A stretch of DNA of 64,000 bases from an uncultured Candidatus Saccharibacteria bacterium (GCA_964468795.1 CAYXWL010000002.1:5459-69458); one strand, 5' to 3'. Positions 47,942 to 58,424 are shown, counted from the first letter of the stretch. Numbers and translations: made by a program. Notes: a model not told the origin generated them from the letters alone.

Positions 47942-49135
47942 ATGAAATCAATCATAATGGTTGGCCTGACAGGAATTCTTACATTTACCGGACTGGGAGT
48001 AGGCCTTATACAAGACAAAAATCAATCAACAACGCCAGAAAAAGTATCAGTAAAATCAGTCAGTGACTTACCGGAAGGCGTAGTAAAAGAATACAAAGTA
48101 GAGAAGGGCGATACATTCGCTGAGGTTATGCTTGCACAAGGCGTATCTTATAATGACATTAATGCTATTCTCGATTCTGCAAAAAACGTATTTGATTTTA
48201 CTACTGTTGGTGCTGGTAAAGTTCTAAAATTTGTTTTTGTGAACAAAGCTTTTGCTGCAATGGAATACCCACTTAACAGTGATACTGTGGTTCACGTAAA
48301 AAAAGAAGGAGATGGATTTAAGGTGGCTGAAGAGGATATTCAGTACGACATAACTCAAGTTACTGCTCAGGGTACTATTACTGACTCACTATTTATGTCC
48401 GCAAAAGATGCGGGTGTGGATGATAAGGTTATTTTAAAAATGGCAGAAGCCTTTTCGTGGGATATAGACTTTGCAACTGATATTCAGTCCGGTGATAGCT
48501 TTAAGGTTGTTTATGAAAAACGGTCATTTGACGGTAAGCCAGCTGGAGCTGGAAAACTTCTAGCAGCTGAGTTTACGAATAAAGGGAAAACTCAGACTCT
48601 GTATCGTTACGAAGATGCTTTTTATGATGAGAGTGGTAAGTCTGTGATGAGACAGTTCTTACGTTCTCCACTTAGTTATTCATATATTAGTTCGGGGTAT
48701 GAGGGTTCTAGAGTTAACCCTGTTACTAGAAAAGTTGAGGCTCACTTTGCTATAGATTATGCAGCTCCGTTAGGAACACCAATCGTTGCTTCTGCTAAGG
48801 GTACTGTTTCTTATGCTACTTCAAAAGGTGGACTTGGTATTACAGTCGAAATTAAACATGGAGGTTCTTATCTTACTCAATACGCACATATGTCTAGAAT
48901 TGCTAAGGGTATAAAAAATGGTGTTGAAGTTAATCAGGGTGACATAATCGGATACGTAGGATCAACTGGTGTTTCTAGCGGTCCTCATCTTCAATATGCG
49001 ATGTATAAGGGAAATACAAAAGTAAATCCGCTCAATGAAGAGTCTTCTAGAGAAATATCTATCGAGGAAAAAGATCGAGCTGACTTTGAGGGTACAACAA
49101 ATAAACTTAAGTTGGTGCTGGGCGCTAAAAATTAA
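47942..49135 (+). CDS. M23 family metallopeptidase with an N-terminal secretion anchor.
   Basis: HFAIDYAAPLGTP...GSTGVSSGPHLQY are the M23 HxxxD / HxH motifs. Confidence 0.8.
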   Translation: MKSIIMVGLTGILTFTGLGVGLIQDKNQSTTPEKVSVKSVSDLPEGVVKEYKVEKGDTFAEVMLAQGVSYNDINAILDSAKNVFDFTTVGAGKVLKFVFVNKAFAAMEYPLNSDTVVHVKKEGDGFKVAEEDIQYDITQVTAQGTITDSLFMSAKDAGVDDKVILKMAEAFSWDIDFATDIQSGDSFKVVYEKRSFDGKPAGAGKLLAAEFTNKGKTQTLYRYEDAFYDESGKSVMRQFLRSPLSYSYISSGYEGSRVNPVTRKVEAHFAIDYAAPLGTPIVASAKGTVSYATSKGGLGITVEIKHGGSYLTQYAHMSRIAKGIKNGVEVNQGDIIGYVGSTGVSSGPHLQYAMYKGNTKVNPLNEESSREISIEEKDRADFEGTTNKLKLVLGAKN

Positions 49136-49695
49136 TTAGGGCTACTTTTTGCAGGTGCTGGGTTGTCTGACTGATTTATCTGCTTGTCTACTTCACAGAT
49201 GCAAATGAATATAAACAGAATAAGAAAATTTCTACACGATGGCAAAGTGTGTTGCTCAAAATGCGATCAAAATTGAGTCAGTTCTCGACTATTTAAAAAA
49301 TCATCTATATCTCATCTCCTTCTTTTCGAGATCAATATCTGGATATTTGATCCACTACCTTCGAGTGTTGGTGTCGTATTAAATCATGGCTCTACAAAGT
49401 GGAAATTGTGTTTCCGGGTTCACGTTGGAATGCTCTTAAGGATATACTTTATGCAGATGTTATTACAAACAACAGTCTAACTTGATGCTACAACCAGTTA
49501 GACCAATCCTTTGGAACTATGTGAGGAAATCTCTCTAAAGGGGGTGTTTAGCCAAACAAATAATGATATATAAAAATAGAAAAGACAGTTAAAAAGATGA
49601 AGAGAAAGCCAATAAAATATATTTTGGCTGGGCTAGGTGTGTAACTTTCCTCATTCATAAATAAATCTTATCATTTATATGTTAAAATGTCTTAA

Positions 49696-50790
49696 ATGAA
49701 ATCTATCAAATTAGACATCCCTTTTCTTGTTTCAACAATTCTTCTATTTATAGTCGGTCTTCTTATCTTTTTCTCGGCTTCATTTGGTTTGCTTGCAAAA
49801 CAAAAGTTAAGTTACGGTGATATTGTTTTGAAACAACTAGTTATCGGAGGATGTATAGGAATGCTTGCTCTTCTTTTTACATCTCATTTTGATTATAGAA
49901 AATGGAGGAAATATGCTTTTTATCTCTTCCTTTTCGGGATTTTCTTAAACCTTATAGTTTTCATTCCTCAAATTGGCTATACCCACGGAGGAGCAACACG
50001 ATGGATATCTTTAGGGTCATTCACCTTTCAACCATCAGAGTTTTTAAGACTAGCTACTGTACTCTATTTTTCAGTCTGGCTAACTTCCGTAAAAAATAAA
50101 GTTAATACTTTTAATTACGGTTTTGTTCCTCTTTGTATAATCCTTGCAATTACAGAGGGGGTACTTCTTCTACAACACGATACTGATTTAGTTATTGCAG
50201 TTGCACTTATGGGAATGTTTATCGTTGCGGGAGGAAAAATTAAACATCTTTTACTTTTATTTTTCATACTTGCCATCAGTTTAACTGCTTTGGTTTATAC
50301 TCGCCCATATGTGAAAGACCGCCTGAATACATTTTTACATCCTGCAAGTAATCCTTTAGGTTCTGGTTACCAAATCCAACAATCATTGATTGCTATAGGT
50401 TCGGGAGGTTTTTCTGGGAGAGGTTTTGGTCAAAGTATCCAAAAGTTCAATGTATTACCTGAACCAATTGGAGACTCAATTTTTGCAGTAGCAGGAGAAG
50501 AGTTCGGGTTTATTGGAACTGTGAGTTTAATTTTACTATTTCTTGTTTTTGCAATGAGAGGACTAAAGATTGCTTCAAATAGCAAAGACTCGTTCGGTAC
50601 ACTACTTGGAACGGGAATTATCTTAATAATAATTGGGCAAGTCTTTACGAATATAGGAGCAATGGTAGGCATATTGCCTCTTACAGGAGTGCCACTTTTG
50701 TTCATAAGCCAAGGTGGAACTTCTCTCATTTTTGCTCTTGGAGCTACAGGAATTGTACTGAATATATCTAAACAACAGAAAATCAAATAG
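49696..50790 (+). CDS. SEDS family protein (FtsW/RodA).
   Basis: Ten TM segments with FtsW/RodA conserved motifs (GDSIFAV..EEFGFIG). Confidence 0.8.
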   Translation: MKSIKLDIPFLVSTILLFIVGLLIFFSASFGLLAKQKLSYGDIVLKQLVIGGCIGMLALLFTSHFDYRKWRKYAFYLFLFGIFLNLIVFIPQIGYTHGGATRWISLGSFTFQPSEFLRLATVLYFSVWLTSVKNKVNTFNYGFVPLCIILAITEGVLLLQHDTDLVIAVALMGMFIVAGGKIKHLLLLFFILAISLTALVYTRPYVKDRLNTFLHPASNPLGSGYQIQQSLIAIGSGGFSGRGFGQSIQKFNVLPEPIGDSIFAVAGEEFGFIGTVSLILLFLVFAMRGLKIASNSKDSFGTLLGTGIILIIIGQVFTNIGAMVGILPLTGVPLLFISQGGTSLIFALGATGIVLNISKQQKIK

Positions 50791-50795
50791 TACTA

Positions 50796-51284
50796 AAATC
50801 AATCACCAAACAAGTAACTCCTCATCATGCCATTGACTACACCACAAGTGCAGGAACTCCTGTTATTGCTACAGCAGATGGAAAAGTTACGCTGGCTGGA
50901 TCAAAAGGTGGACTTGGAATAACTGTAGAGTTAAAGCATGGAAGTTATCTCACTCAATATGCTCATCTTTCAAAAATTGCAAAGGATGTAAAGAATGGAG
51001 CCAGTATCTTGCAAGGAGACGTCATCGGATATGTGGGATCGACCGGCATCTCAACAGGACCTCATTTGCAGTATGTAATGTTTGAAAATGGAAATCCGAT
51101 AAATCCTCTTACCGCTGATTTTCCACGTGAGAATTCATTGTCTGATTCAGAAATCGACAATTTCACTACGACAAAAAAACAAACTCCAGGATATCTTGAA
51201 GTAAACAAAGTTTTACACATATCAAATTTGACTATATACCCCCCTAGGGGTATATTTGCTGTATATGAAATATATGGATATTAA
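50796..51284 (+). pseudogene. 5'-truncated M23 peptidase fragment, a paralog of 47942..49135.
   Basis: The translation in the frame of ORF 51009..51284, from 50796, gives HHAIDYTTSAGTPVIA...GSTGISTGPHLQY. About 70% identity to the M23 catalytic domain above. It begins 6 nt after the rodA stop. Confidence 0.5.
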
Positions 51285-51540
51285 AAATAAGGCAAAAGTT
51301 CTCCATCGACTCAAGTTGATTGAGGGACAAATAAGAGGTCTGCAAAAGATGGTCGAGAACGATACCTACTGTATTGATGTCATCACACAAACATCAGCAG
51401 TAAAGCAAGGGCTTTCTAATGTGGAAGATTTGCTTCTTGAAAACCATCTTGATCATTGTGTGCATCACCAAATGCATTCTGGTCAGACCAAAAAAGCTAA
51501 GGATGAGATTATAAAGGTTTATAAGTTGAAGCGAAAATAA
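51274..51540 (+). CDS. csoR: CsoR/RcnR family metal-sensing repressor.
   Basis: RLKLIEGQIRGLQKMVE...C..V..Q..A...GL. The Cys/His ligand positions are present. Confidence 0.8.
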   Translation: MDIKNKAKVLHRLKLIEGQIRGLQKMVENDTYCIDVITQTSAVKQGLSNVEDLLLENHLDHCVHHQMHSGQTKKAKDEIIKVYKLKRK

Positions 51541-51547
51541 TTTATAT

Positions 51548-53872
51548 ATGACTACAACAAATATATACAAAGTGAAAGGAATGCATTGTGCCTCATGTGC
51601 CAGTATTATTGAAAAGACGTTTAAGAAGACAGAAGGGGTGCATTCTGCAGAAGTAAACTATGGGACTGAGACAGCCAAGGTTGCCTTCGATGAATCTAAG
51701 ACAACTCCACATCATCTCTCTAAAAAAATAGAACCTCTGGGATATTCATTAGCTCTAAATCAAAAATCAGGTCATTCTCATAGTGCTCAATCTGCTGAAG
51801 AAATGGGAATGTCAGCAGATGAACATGCGGCACATTTAGGTCTAAACCAATCAAAAGAAGAGAAACTTGCTGAGGTTGCAGATATGAGGGTAAAAGTTCT
51901 TTCCGCTATTCCACTCTCAATTTTTGCAGCTTTCGTTATGGGTTGGGATATTTTGGCTCAATATAAAGCTGTGCCTGTAATGAGTTACACGCTTAAAGAA
52001 TTTTTTCATCACCTATTGCCGATTTTTGCCACATACACTCTTTTTGTTGTAGGTAAACCTTATCTAATGGGATTTTATAGATTTTTAAGATACGGAAAAG
52101 CCAATATGGATACATTGATAGGCATTGGAACAGTTGCTGCATTTTTATATAGTTTTGCAGTTACAGCTTTTGAGGAGGTACTTCGACCTTTTATTAATGT
52201 TGATTATCAATACTACGATGTAACGATTGTGGTTGTTACATTTATTGCACTTGGTAAATACCTTGAAGCTAGATCAAAAATAAAAACTGGTGATGCTATT
52301 GAAAAGCTTCTAAATCTTCAAGCAAAGACGGCTCTTGTTGTTCGCGATGGAAAAGAAGTAGAAATTGGAGTTGGCGAAGTCGAACATGGAGATTTAATAA
52401 TTGTAAAACCTGGTGCGAGAATTCCGGTAGATGGTGTGATAACCGAAGGATCCTCCTTTGTCGATGAGTCCATGGTTACAGGTGAGCCGATGCCAGCGCA
52501 GAAAAAGATTGGCGATAATGTTGTTTCAGGAACAATTAATACAAGTGGCTCATTTACATTCAAGGCGACCAAAGTTGGTTCAGAAACTCTATTGGCTCAA
52601 ATAATCAAGATGGTTGAAGATGCTCAAGGTAGTAGAGCACCAATCCAAGCTCTAGCAGATAAGATTTCGGCCATTTTTGTTCCGATTACTCTCGTCATTG
52701 CCTTTCTCACGCTCGGAGTATGGTTACTTATCGGCACTAACTCACTAGGTTTTTCACAAGCACTATCTTTCGGTCTAGTTTCTTTTGTGGGAGTTCTCGT
52801 CATCGCGTGTCCGTGTGCTTTAGGACTCGCTACACCTACAGCGATTATTGTTGGAGTTGGCAAGGGGGCAAAAGAAGGAATTTTAATAAAAGATGCAGCA
52901 ACACTAGAGAAGTTACATAAAGTAGATACTGTCATTGTAGACAAAACAGGGACAATAACTATTGGCAAACCAACTCTTGTAGATATTGAAAATATGTCCG
53001 ATCTTAATAATGAGCAGTTTGTATCAATTATTGCTTCACTTGAGAAAAAATCTGAACATCCTATTGCTCATGCGGTAGTGAATTATGCTCATGAAAAGAA
53101 TCTAAATATTGAGGATGTTTCAGACTTTGAAGGTATTCAAGGTAAGGGGTTAAAAGGAAGAATTAAAGAAACAGAATACTTTGTTGGAAATGTAAAACTT
53201 ATTTCTGATTTAGGGATATCATTTGATACATCAAAAATTGAGCAGTTTACTCTACAAGGTAAAACTCCTGTTATTCTTTCTACCAGTGAAAAGATTTTGG
53301 GATTTGTGATGGTTGCTGATGAAATTAAGAACGAATCAAAACAAGCTGTAGCCGATCTTCATAAGCTTGGAATTAAAGTCGTAATGCTTACTGGTGATGA
53401 TGAAAAAGCCGCAAAATATATTGCTTCACTAGTCGGAATTGATGAGGTGATCGCACATGTATTGCCACAAGATAAATTAGCAAAAATACAAGAGTTACAG
53501 ACTCGAGGGAAAATTGTAGCTATGGCTGGAGATGGTGTGAATGATGCTCCAGCATTAGCACAAGCAGATGTGGGTATTGCTATGGGTACAGGTACTGATG
53601 TTGCAATAGAATCTGCAGGAATTACCCTTCTTGGTGGAGATATCTCTAAGTTGGTAAAGGCCATTAAGTTATCGAAAATAACAATGAGAGGTATTAAGCA
53701 GAACCTATTTTGGGCATTTATCTACAACGTTATTGGTATTCCACTTGCTACTGGTATTTTTTATCCAGTTTTTGGTTGGCTTCTTAATCCTGTGTTTGCT
53801 GGTTTTGCTATGGCAATGTCATCTGTATCAGTAGTATCAAATTCTCTTCGAATCAAAGCGAAAAAAATATGA
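51548..53872 (+). CDS. copA: Copper-translocating P1B-type ATPase.
   Basis: N-terminal HMA (GMHCASCA), then CPC, DKTGT, GDGVNDAP and MSSVSVVSNSLR. Length is 774 aa. Confidence 0.9.
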   Translation: MTTTNIYKVKGMHCASCASIIEKTFKKTEGVHSAEVNYGTETAKVAFDESKTTPHHLSKKIEPLGYSLALNQKSGHSHSAQSAEEMGMSADEHAAHLGLNQSKEEKLAEVADMRVKVLSAIPLSIFAAFVMGWDILAQYKAVPVMSYTLKEFFHHLLPIFATYTLFVVGKPYLMGFYRFLRYGKANMDTLIGIGTVAAFLYSFAVTAFEEVLRPFINVDYQYYDVTIVVVTFIALGKYLEARSKIKTGDAIEKLLNLQAKTALVVRDGKEVEIGVGEVEHGDLIIVKPGARIPVDGVITEGSSFVDESMVTGEPMPAQKKIGDNVVSGTINTSGSFTFKATKVGSETLLAQIIKMVEDAQGSRAPIQALADKISAIFVPITLVIAFLTLGVWLLIGTNSLGFSQALSFGLVSFVGVLVIACPCALGLATPTAIIVGVGKGAKEGILIKDAATLEKLHKVDTVIVDKTGTITIGKPTLVDIENMSDLNNEQFVSIIASLEKKSEHPIAHAVVNYAHEKNLNIEDVSDFEGIQGKGLKGRIKETEYFVGNVKLISDLGISFDTSKIEQFTLQGKTPVILSTSEKILGFVMVADEIKNESKQAVADLHKLGIKVVMLTGDDEKAAKYIASLVGIDEVIAHVLPQDKLAKIQELQTRGKIVAMAGDGVNDAPALAQADVGIAMGTGTDVAIESAGITLLGGDISKLVKAIKLSKITMRGIKQNLFWAFIYNVIGIPLATGIFYPVFGWLLNPVFAGFAMAMSSVSVVSNSLRIKAKKI

Positions 53873-54305
53873 TAAAAAAATTATTTACAATTTTTGTTCT
53901 ACTTAGCTTCTTATCAATAGGGATTTTCAGTCTTAATTCTATTGGTCATGGAGTCGAACATACTTCAGGATGTATATTTTCTGTAGCAGATAGTACTCCA
54001 TGTCCAGAAAATATAATTGCTATGGCAATGTACCACTTACAAGCATATGTGTCATTTATGAATGTATTACCGCCAACTCAATTCTTATCAATAATGTTGC
54101 TTTTGTGTATTGCGGTATTAAGCACGTTATTTTATTTGAATAAATTAATAAAACTAATTTTAGTAAGTCGGGGTTTGAGGGTAAGAAGTCTGAATCCTGA
54201 GCTTGCTTTAATTCATCCCCAAAAAATTACTAAGTGGCTTTCTTTATTTGAGAATTCTCCGTCGTTGCACAAGATTTCTATTATTACTTCTAATTATATA
54301 AATCT
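53869..54305 (+). CDS. Membrane-anchored hypothetical protein with an N-terminal His/Cys cluster. The listed ORF runs to 54489 and overlaps the YHS ORF in another frame, so a frameshifted fusion is possible.
   Basis: GHGVEHTSGC...TPCPEN after a signal anchor. Confidence 0.3.
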
Positions 54306-54506
54306 ATGCAAATACAAAATCTTAAGAAAAATACAAAATATAAGTATCTTGATCCAAGAGTCGTTATCGATCTTGTTTGTGGAATGGAACTCAATTCAGA
54401 CAAAATTAAAGCAAGTAAAGAATATAAAGGTAAAACATACTACTTTTGTGCTACTCACTGTAAGAAACACTTTACAGCTGACCCCGTGAAGTATGTTGGA
54501 GAATAA
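54306..54506 (+). CDS. YHS (TRASH-like) metal-binding domain protein.
   Basis: DLVCGMEL...GKTYYFCATHCKKHF. Confidence 0.6.
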   Translation: MQIQNLKKNTKYKYLDPRVVIDLVCGMELNSDKIKASKEYKGKTYYFCATHCKKHFTADPVKYVGE

Positions 54507-54528
54507 TTAATAAACTAACTACACAAAT

Positions 54529-55173
54529 ATGAACAATAACCAGAACAACAAAATATTGTTTGGAATAGGAGGGATCGTTATAGGCATCATTCTTGCGGGA
54601 GTGTTTTATCCGATGATGCGTTACGGTGGTTATGGAATGATGAATTGGAGAAACAATTCAATCTCAGACCAAAGAGTAAATGGGAATACCCAGATTAGTA
54701 CTACTATCGACAAACATTTCATTGAGCAAATGATTCCTCATCATGAAGGAGCAATTGCTATGGCAAACTTAGCGTTTCAAAAAGCTAAGCGTCCAGAGAT
54801 TAAAACTTTGGCAACAGCAATTATTTCAGCTCAGACAACAGAGATTCAAAGTATGAATGTCTGGTATAAGGACTGGTTTGGAGTTACTGCTCCGAAAGTA
54901 AGTACGGGAATGATGAGTGGAGGCATGATGTCGCAAGGCGGGATGCATATGGGAGGACAAGAGGATATGACTGCATTAGAAAATGCATCTGATTTCGACA
55001 AGGCATTTATAGAAGAAATGATTCCACATCATCAATTAGCAATTATGATGGCGAATATGCTTCAATCAGGAACAAATCGTCCTGAAATGCAACAGCTTGC
55101 AAAGAACATTATTTCCTCACAATCAAAGGAGATACAACAAATGCAAGCTTGGTATGTGCAGTGGTATAAGTAA
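54529..55173 (+). CDS. DUF305 domain protein, a family often encoded next to copper-resistance genes.
   Basis: Two repeats, FIEQMIPHHEGAI and FIEEMIPHHQLAI. Confidence 0.75.
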   Translation: MNNNQNNKILFGIGGIVIGIILAGVFYPMMRYGGYGMMNWRNNSISDQRVNGNTQISTTIDKHFIEQMIPHHEGAIAMANLAFQKAKRPEIKTLATAIISAQTTEIQSMNVWYKDWFGVTAPKVSTGMMSGGMMSQGGMHMGGQEDMTALENASDFDKAFIEEMIPHHQLAIMMANMLQSGTNRPEMQQLAKNIISSQSKEIQQMQAWYVQWYK

Positions 55174-55200
55174 ATTTATTAAAATAATAATATAAATAAT

Positions 55201-55422
55201 ATGAAAAAATCATCATTTATACATGCAGTTTCAATTGTAACAGCTATATGGGGAGCATTAGCTCTTATTGGTGCGTGGCTTGCGGGAGTTGATGGAACTA
55301 TATGGGGTTTTACCTATCAGCATTGCATCAATGACGCAATTATTCTAATGCTCATTTCAATTTCAGCTGGTATATGTGCAATGTACCGTTATCAGTTAGA
55401 GAAAGATAATATCTCAAAATAA
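55201..55422 (+). CDS. Small membrane protein.
   Basis: Two TM segments. Confidence 0.35.
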   Translation: MKKSSFIHAVSIVTAIWGALALIGAWLAGVDGTIWGFTYQHCINDAIILMLISISAGICAMYRYQLEKDNISK

Positions 55423-55423
55423 A

Positions 55424-55615
55424 ATGGAAGAAAATTCACAAAATACTTTCTCAAAAAGGACGTGGACTATAATTTTGGTCATAGGACTTATAGGATTAGT
55501 CCTACTTTTGAGAAATCACACATCACATTTACTCATAGCTTTGCCTTACATTGTTTTATTGGCATGTCCACTTATGCATATTTTTATGCATGGAGGACAT
55601 GAACATGGTAAGTAA
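55424..55615 (+). CDS. Small membrane protein with a His-rich C-terminus (DUF2933-like).
   Basis: MHIFMHGGHEHGK tail. Confidence 0.4.
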   Translation: MEENSQNTFSKRTWTIILVIGLIGLVLLLRNHTSHLLIALPYIVLLACPLMHIFMHGGHEHGK

Positions 55616-55633
55616 AATAATCTCGTAAATATT

Positions 55634-56653
55634 ATGACAACTCAAACACAGAAGTATACCTTTCATGTGTCTGGCACTCACTGTCCATCATGTAAAATCT
55701 TCATCGAGGATACTCTAAATGAACAGATTGGTATCCAGCAAACATATGTTGACTTAAAACATGAGACTGTTTCAGTTGAGACTATTCTTGATGAGAACAA
55801 GCACAGACTCGCAGAAATATTAACTGAGAAAATAAGACATAATGGCTATTTTCTATCTGTCGACAAGAGAACTAAAGAGAAAAAAGATAATGGGATTATC
55901 TGGCAGGCATTACCCATTGGACTTGTATTTCTTGCTCTGTTCTTTATTATCCAAAAATCAGGAATACTGAATTTTGGATTAGGTGGGACGGTAACTCCAG
56001 TAACCAGTTTCATTATTGGTTTAATCGCATCAGTTTCTAGCTGTCTTGCAGTAGTTGGAGGACTTGTTCTTTCTCTCTCTGCAACAGTATCTCAAGATAA
56101 AATTAGTGATGTAAAACCGATGATGCTTTTCCATGGGGGGCGTCTTATCAGTTTTGCTGTGCTTGGGGGTGTGCTTGGTTCGATTGGCAGTGCAATAGGT
56201 ATAAGTTTTACAGTCACGGCAATACTTGGGATCATAGCATCAGTTGTGATGATAGTGCTAGGGCTTAATTTGGTGGGAGTATTTGATAAAAATATGATCT
56301 CTCTACCCTCAGGAGTTTTCAACTTCTTCCGCAGAGTAGAGCATAAGACGATAGCTCCATTCTTAGTGGGTGTCGGTACATTTTTCTTGCCTTGTGGTTT
56401 CACTCAAGCAATGCAAGTAGCGTCACTTTCAAGCGGTTCGTTTATTTCTGGACTCTTGATCATGGGAGCATTTGCCCTTGGAACGTTTCCAATGCTTGCA
56501 TTGTTATCATTTGGTTCAGCATCCTTCTCACAATCAAGACATGCTCCACTCTTCTTCAAATCAGCAGGTATTTTGGTGATTGGCCTCGGAGTCTTCGCAC
56601 TTCTGGCAGGACTTGCTGGTCTGGGTATTATTGAACCATTATTTAATATATAA
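55634..56653 (+). CDS. HMA domain fused to a TauE/SafE-type (sulfite exporter family) membrane protein.
   Basis: The N-terminus carries GTHCPSC (CxxC HMA). The C-terminal part is polytopic with Gly-rich TM helices. Confidence 0.6.
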   Translation: MTTQTQKYTFHVSGTHCPSCKIFIEDTLNEQIGIQQTYVDLKHETVSVETILDENKHRLAEILTEKIRHNGYFLSVDKRTKEKKDNGIIWQALPIGLVFLALFFIIQKSGILNFGLGGTVTPVTSFIIGLIASVSSCLAVVGGLVLSLSATVSQDKISDVKPMMLFHGGRLISFAVLGGVLGSIGSAIGISFTVTAILGIIASVVMIVLGLNLVGVFDKNMISLPSGVFNFFRRVEHKTIAPFLVGVGTFFLPCGFTQAMQVASLSSGSFISGLLIMGAFALGTFPMLALLSFGSASFSQSRHAPLFFKSAGILVIGLGVFALLAGLAGLGIIEPLFNI

Positions 56654-56669
56654 TTTTACAAATCAATCT

Positions 56670-57071
56670 ATGCAAAAAAATACAATCATATCTATTATCA
56701 TCAGCATTTCTCTCATCGGGGCCACACTTTATTTCATTTCTGACAAATCTGCTCCGACAGACACAAACGAATTTGCACAGTCACAAAATGTTGAAATAAG
56801 AGACGGCGTGCAGTATGTGACTGTAACTGCAAAGGGTGGTTACTCTCCTCGCATTACGCAAATAAAGGGTGGTATTCCGACAAAACTAGTAGTGAAGACT
56901 GATGGTACATATGATTGTACAGCTTCTCTCACTATTCGATCAGTTGGATTTCAAAAGGTATTACAGCCAACAGGAGAGGAAACCATTGATTTAGGCACTC
57001 CAAAATCAGGCGAAAAAGTACAAGGGGTATGCGGTATGGGGATGTATAATTTTCAGATTAAAGTAAGTTAG
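56670..57071 (+). CDS. Secreted cupredoxin-like domain protein. The ORF is listed from 56580; the start was chosen at MQKNTII.
   Basis: Signal anchor plus a beta-rich ~100 aa region with a C-terminal GVCGMGMYNFQIKV. Confidence 0.4.
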   Translation: MQKNTIISIIISISLIGATLYFISDKSAPTDTNEFAQSQNVEIRDGVQYVTVTAKGGYSPRITQIKGGIPTKLVVKTDGTYDCTASLTIRSVGFQKVLQPTGEETIDLGTPKSGEKVQGVCGMGMYNFQIKVS

Positions 57072-58394
57072 TTATTCGAGCGTTATCTTTTTATCCTTTA
57101 ATGTAATCTTATTCCTCAAACACCCCAACAACTCTCTCTTCTCTCCATCAGTTCCATTTCTTAGGATGTATTTACAATAGTTACGGATATCAATATCACC
57201 AACTTCAATCTTGTCTTTTGAATTGAGTACTATCTGATTAAACTTTTTAAATCTCTGTACTTCGTTTTTGATTTTCTCCTTTATTCCTATCTCATCTATA
57301 TTGATTGTCTCCATCAATTCTTCAAATTGTTTAATCAAATCTATTTCGTTAATATATCCACCTTTGCAATTCCTATCTTTGGATCCATTACAGCCATAAT
57401 ATACATGTCTATTAATACTCCCATCTTTTAATTTTTTGAATTTCTCATCTGGAGTAATACCAGAAGAACATAGTCCACAAATCATCAACTTAGTAAAAGC
57501 AAATTCTTTGTTCTCAGTCCGTATTACAGATCTCTTCATCTGTTCCTGTACTTGATCAAATAATTCTTTAGTAATAAGTGCTTCATGTTTCCCTCTATAC
57601 CAATTACCCGAATCTTTAGGATATTCAAAAGTTCCATAGTAGAAGTGATTTTGTAGGATCATATACACATTACTCAAAGTTAAGTTTTTGTTTCCACTTG
57701 CTGTCTTAAGATTTAAATCAAATTTAAGCCAGTTGTATAGTTTTCTCCCACTCCACTTTTCATATGCTACTTTTTCAAACATTTTCCTAATAATAGGTGC
57801 TCTCTGTTTGTCGGTATATATCACTCCTTTCTCTCCAACATTTTTACTGTTCAAGTACCCAGTCGGAGCGACAGACGGCCATAATCCCATCTCAACTCTA
57901 GTTTTCAATCCACGTTTTACGTTTATACTTTTGTTGTCATTTTCTAACTTGGCTTGGCTACAAAGTATCATTAGTAAAAACTTCTCGTTAGGTGAATTAT
58001 GAAAATGTTGTCCGTATGTACGAATTTCAAGTAATTGTTTCTCATCCATCAAGTCTACTAGTGATCCTAAGTCTCCCGCATTCCTGCTCAATCTATCAGG
58101 AGCCCACGTCAGTATTCCATTAAATCTTTTTCTTCTAATATCTTCCAGTAGTTCCTTAAACACAGGTCTTTGACCTGAATCCTTAGCGGAGTGAGATTCT
58201 CGACGAATATCAATTATTTCTAAATTTTCTCTTTCAGCGATATTAAGCATTTCCTTTACCTGGCTATCAATACTTAGTGCTTGCTTCTCATCTGATTCAG
58301 TTGATTTTCTAGCATACAAACAATATTTAATTTTAATTGTTGGTAAGATTATTTCTTTTCCTATTAGTCCTGTCGATTGTATATGTATTTCCAT
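57072..58394 (-). CDS. Large serine recombinase (intact).
   Basis: Resolvase domain (YARKSTE), recombinase domain and a C-terminal zinc ribbon (CGLCSS...YYGC). Length is 440 aa. Confidence 0.85.
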   Translation of the reverse strand: MEIHIQSTGLIGKEIILPTIKIKYCLYARKSTESDEKQALSIDSQVKEMLNIAERENLEIIDIRRESHSAKDSGQRPVFKELLEDIRRKRFNGILTWAPDRLSRNAGDLGSLVDLMDEKQLLEIRTYGQHFHNSPNEKFLLMILCSQAKLENDNKSINVKRGLKTRVEMGLWPSVAPTGYLNSKNVGEKGVIYTDKQRAPIIRKMFEKVAYEKWSGRKLYNWLKFDLNLKTASGNKNLTLSNVYMILQNHFYYGTFEYPKDSGNWYRGKHEALITKELFDQVQEQMKRSVIRTENKEFAFTKLMICGLCSSGITPDEKFKKLKDGSINRHVYYGCNGSKDRNCKGGYINEIDLIKQFEELMETINIDEIGIKEKIKNEVQRFKKFNQIVLNSKDKIEVGDIDIRNYCKYILRNGTDGEKRELLGCLRNKITLKDKKITLE

Positions 58395-58424
58395 ATATAT
58401 ATTAATGACAGAACCAACAACTCT

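Noticed and set aside
51009-51284. Treating ORF 51009..51284 as an independent small gene.
   Set aside because: It is the C-terminal part of an M23 catalytic domain whose in-frame homology starts at about 50796. It is a gene fragment.
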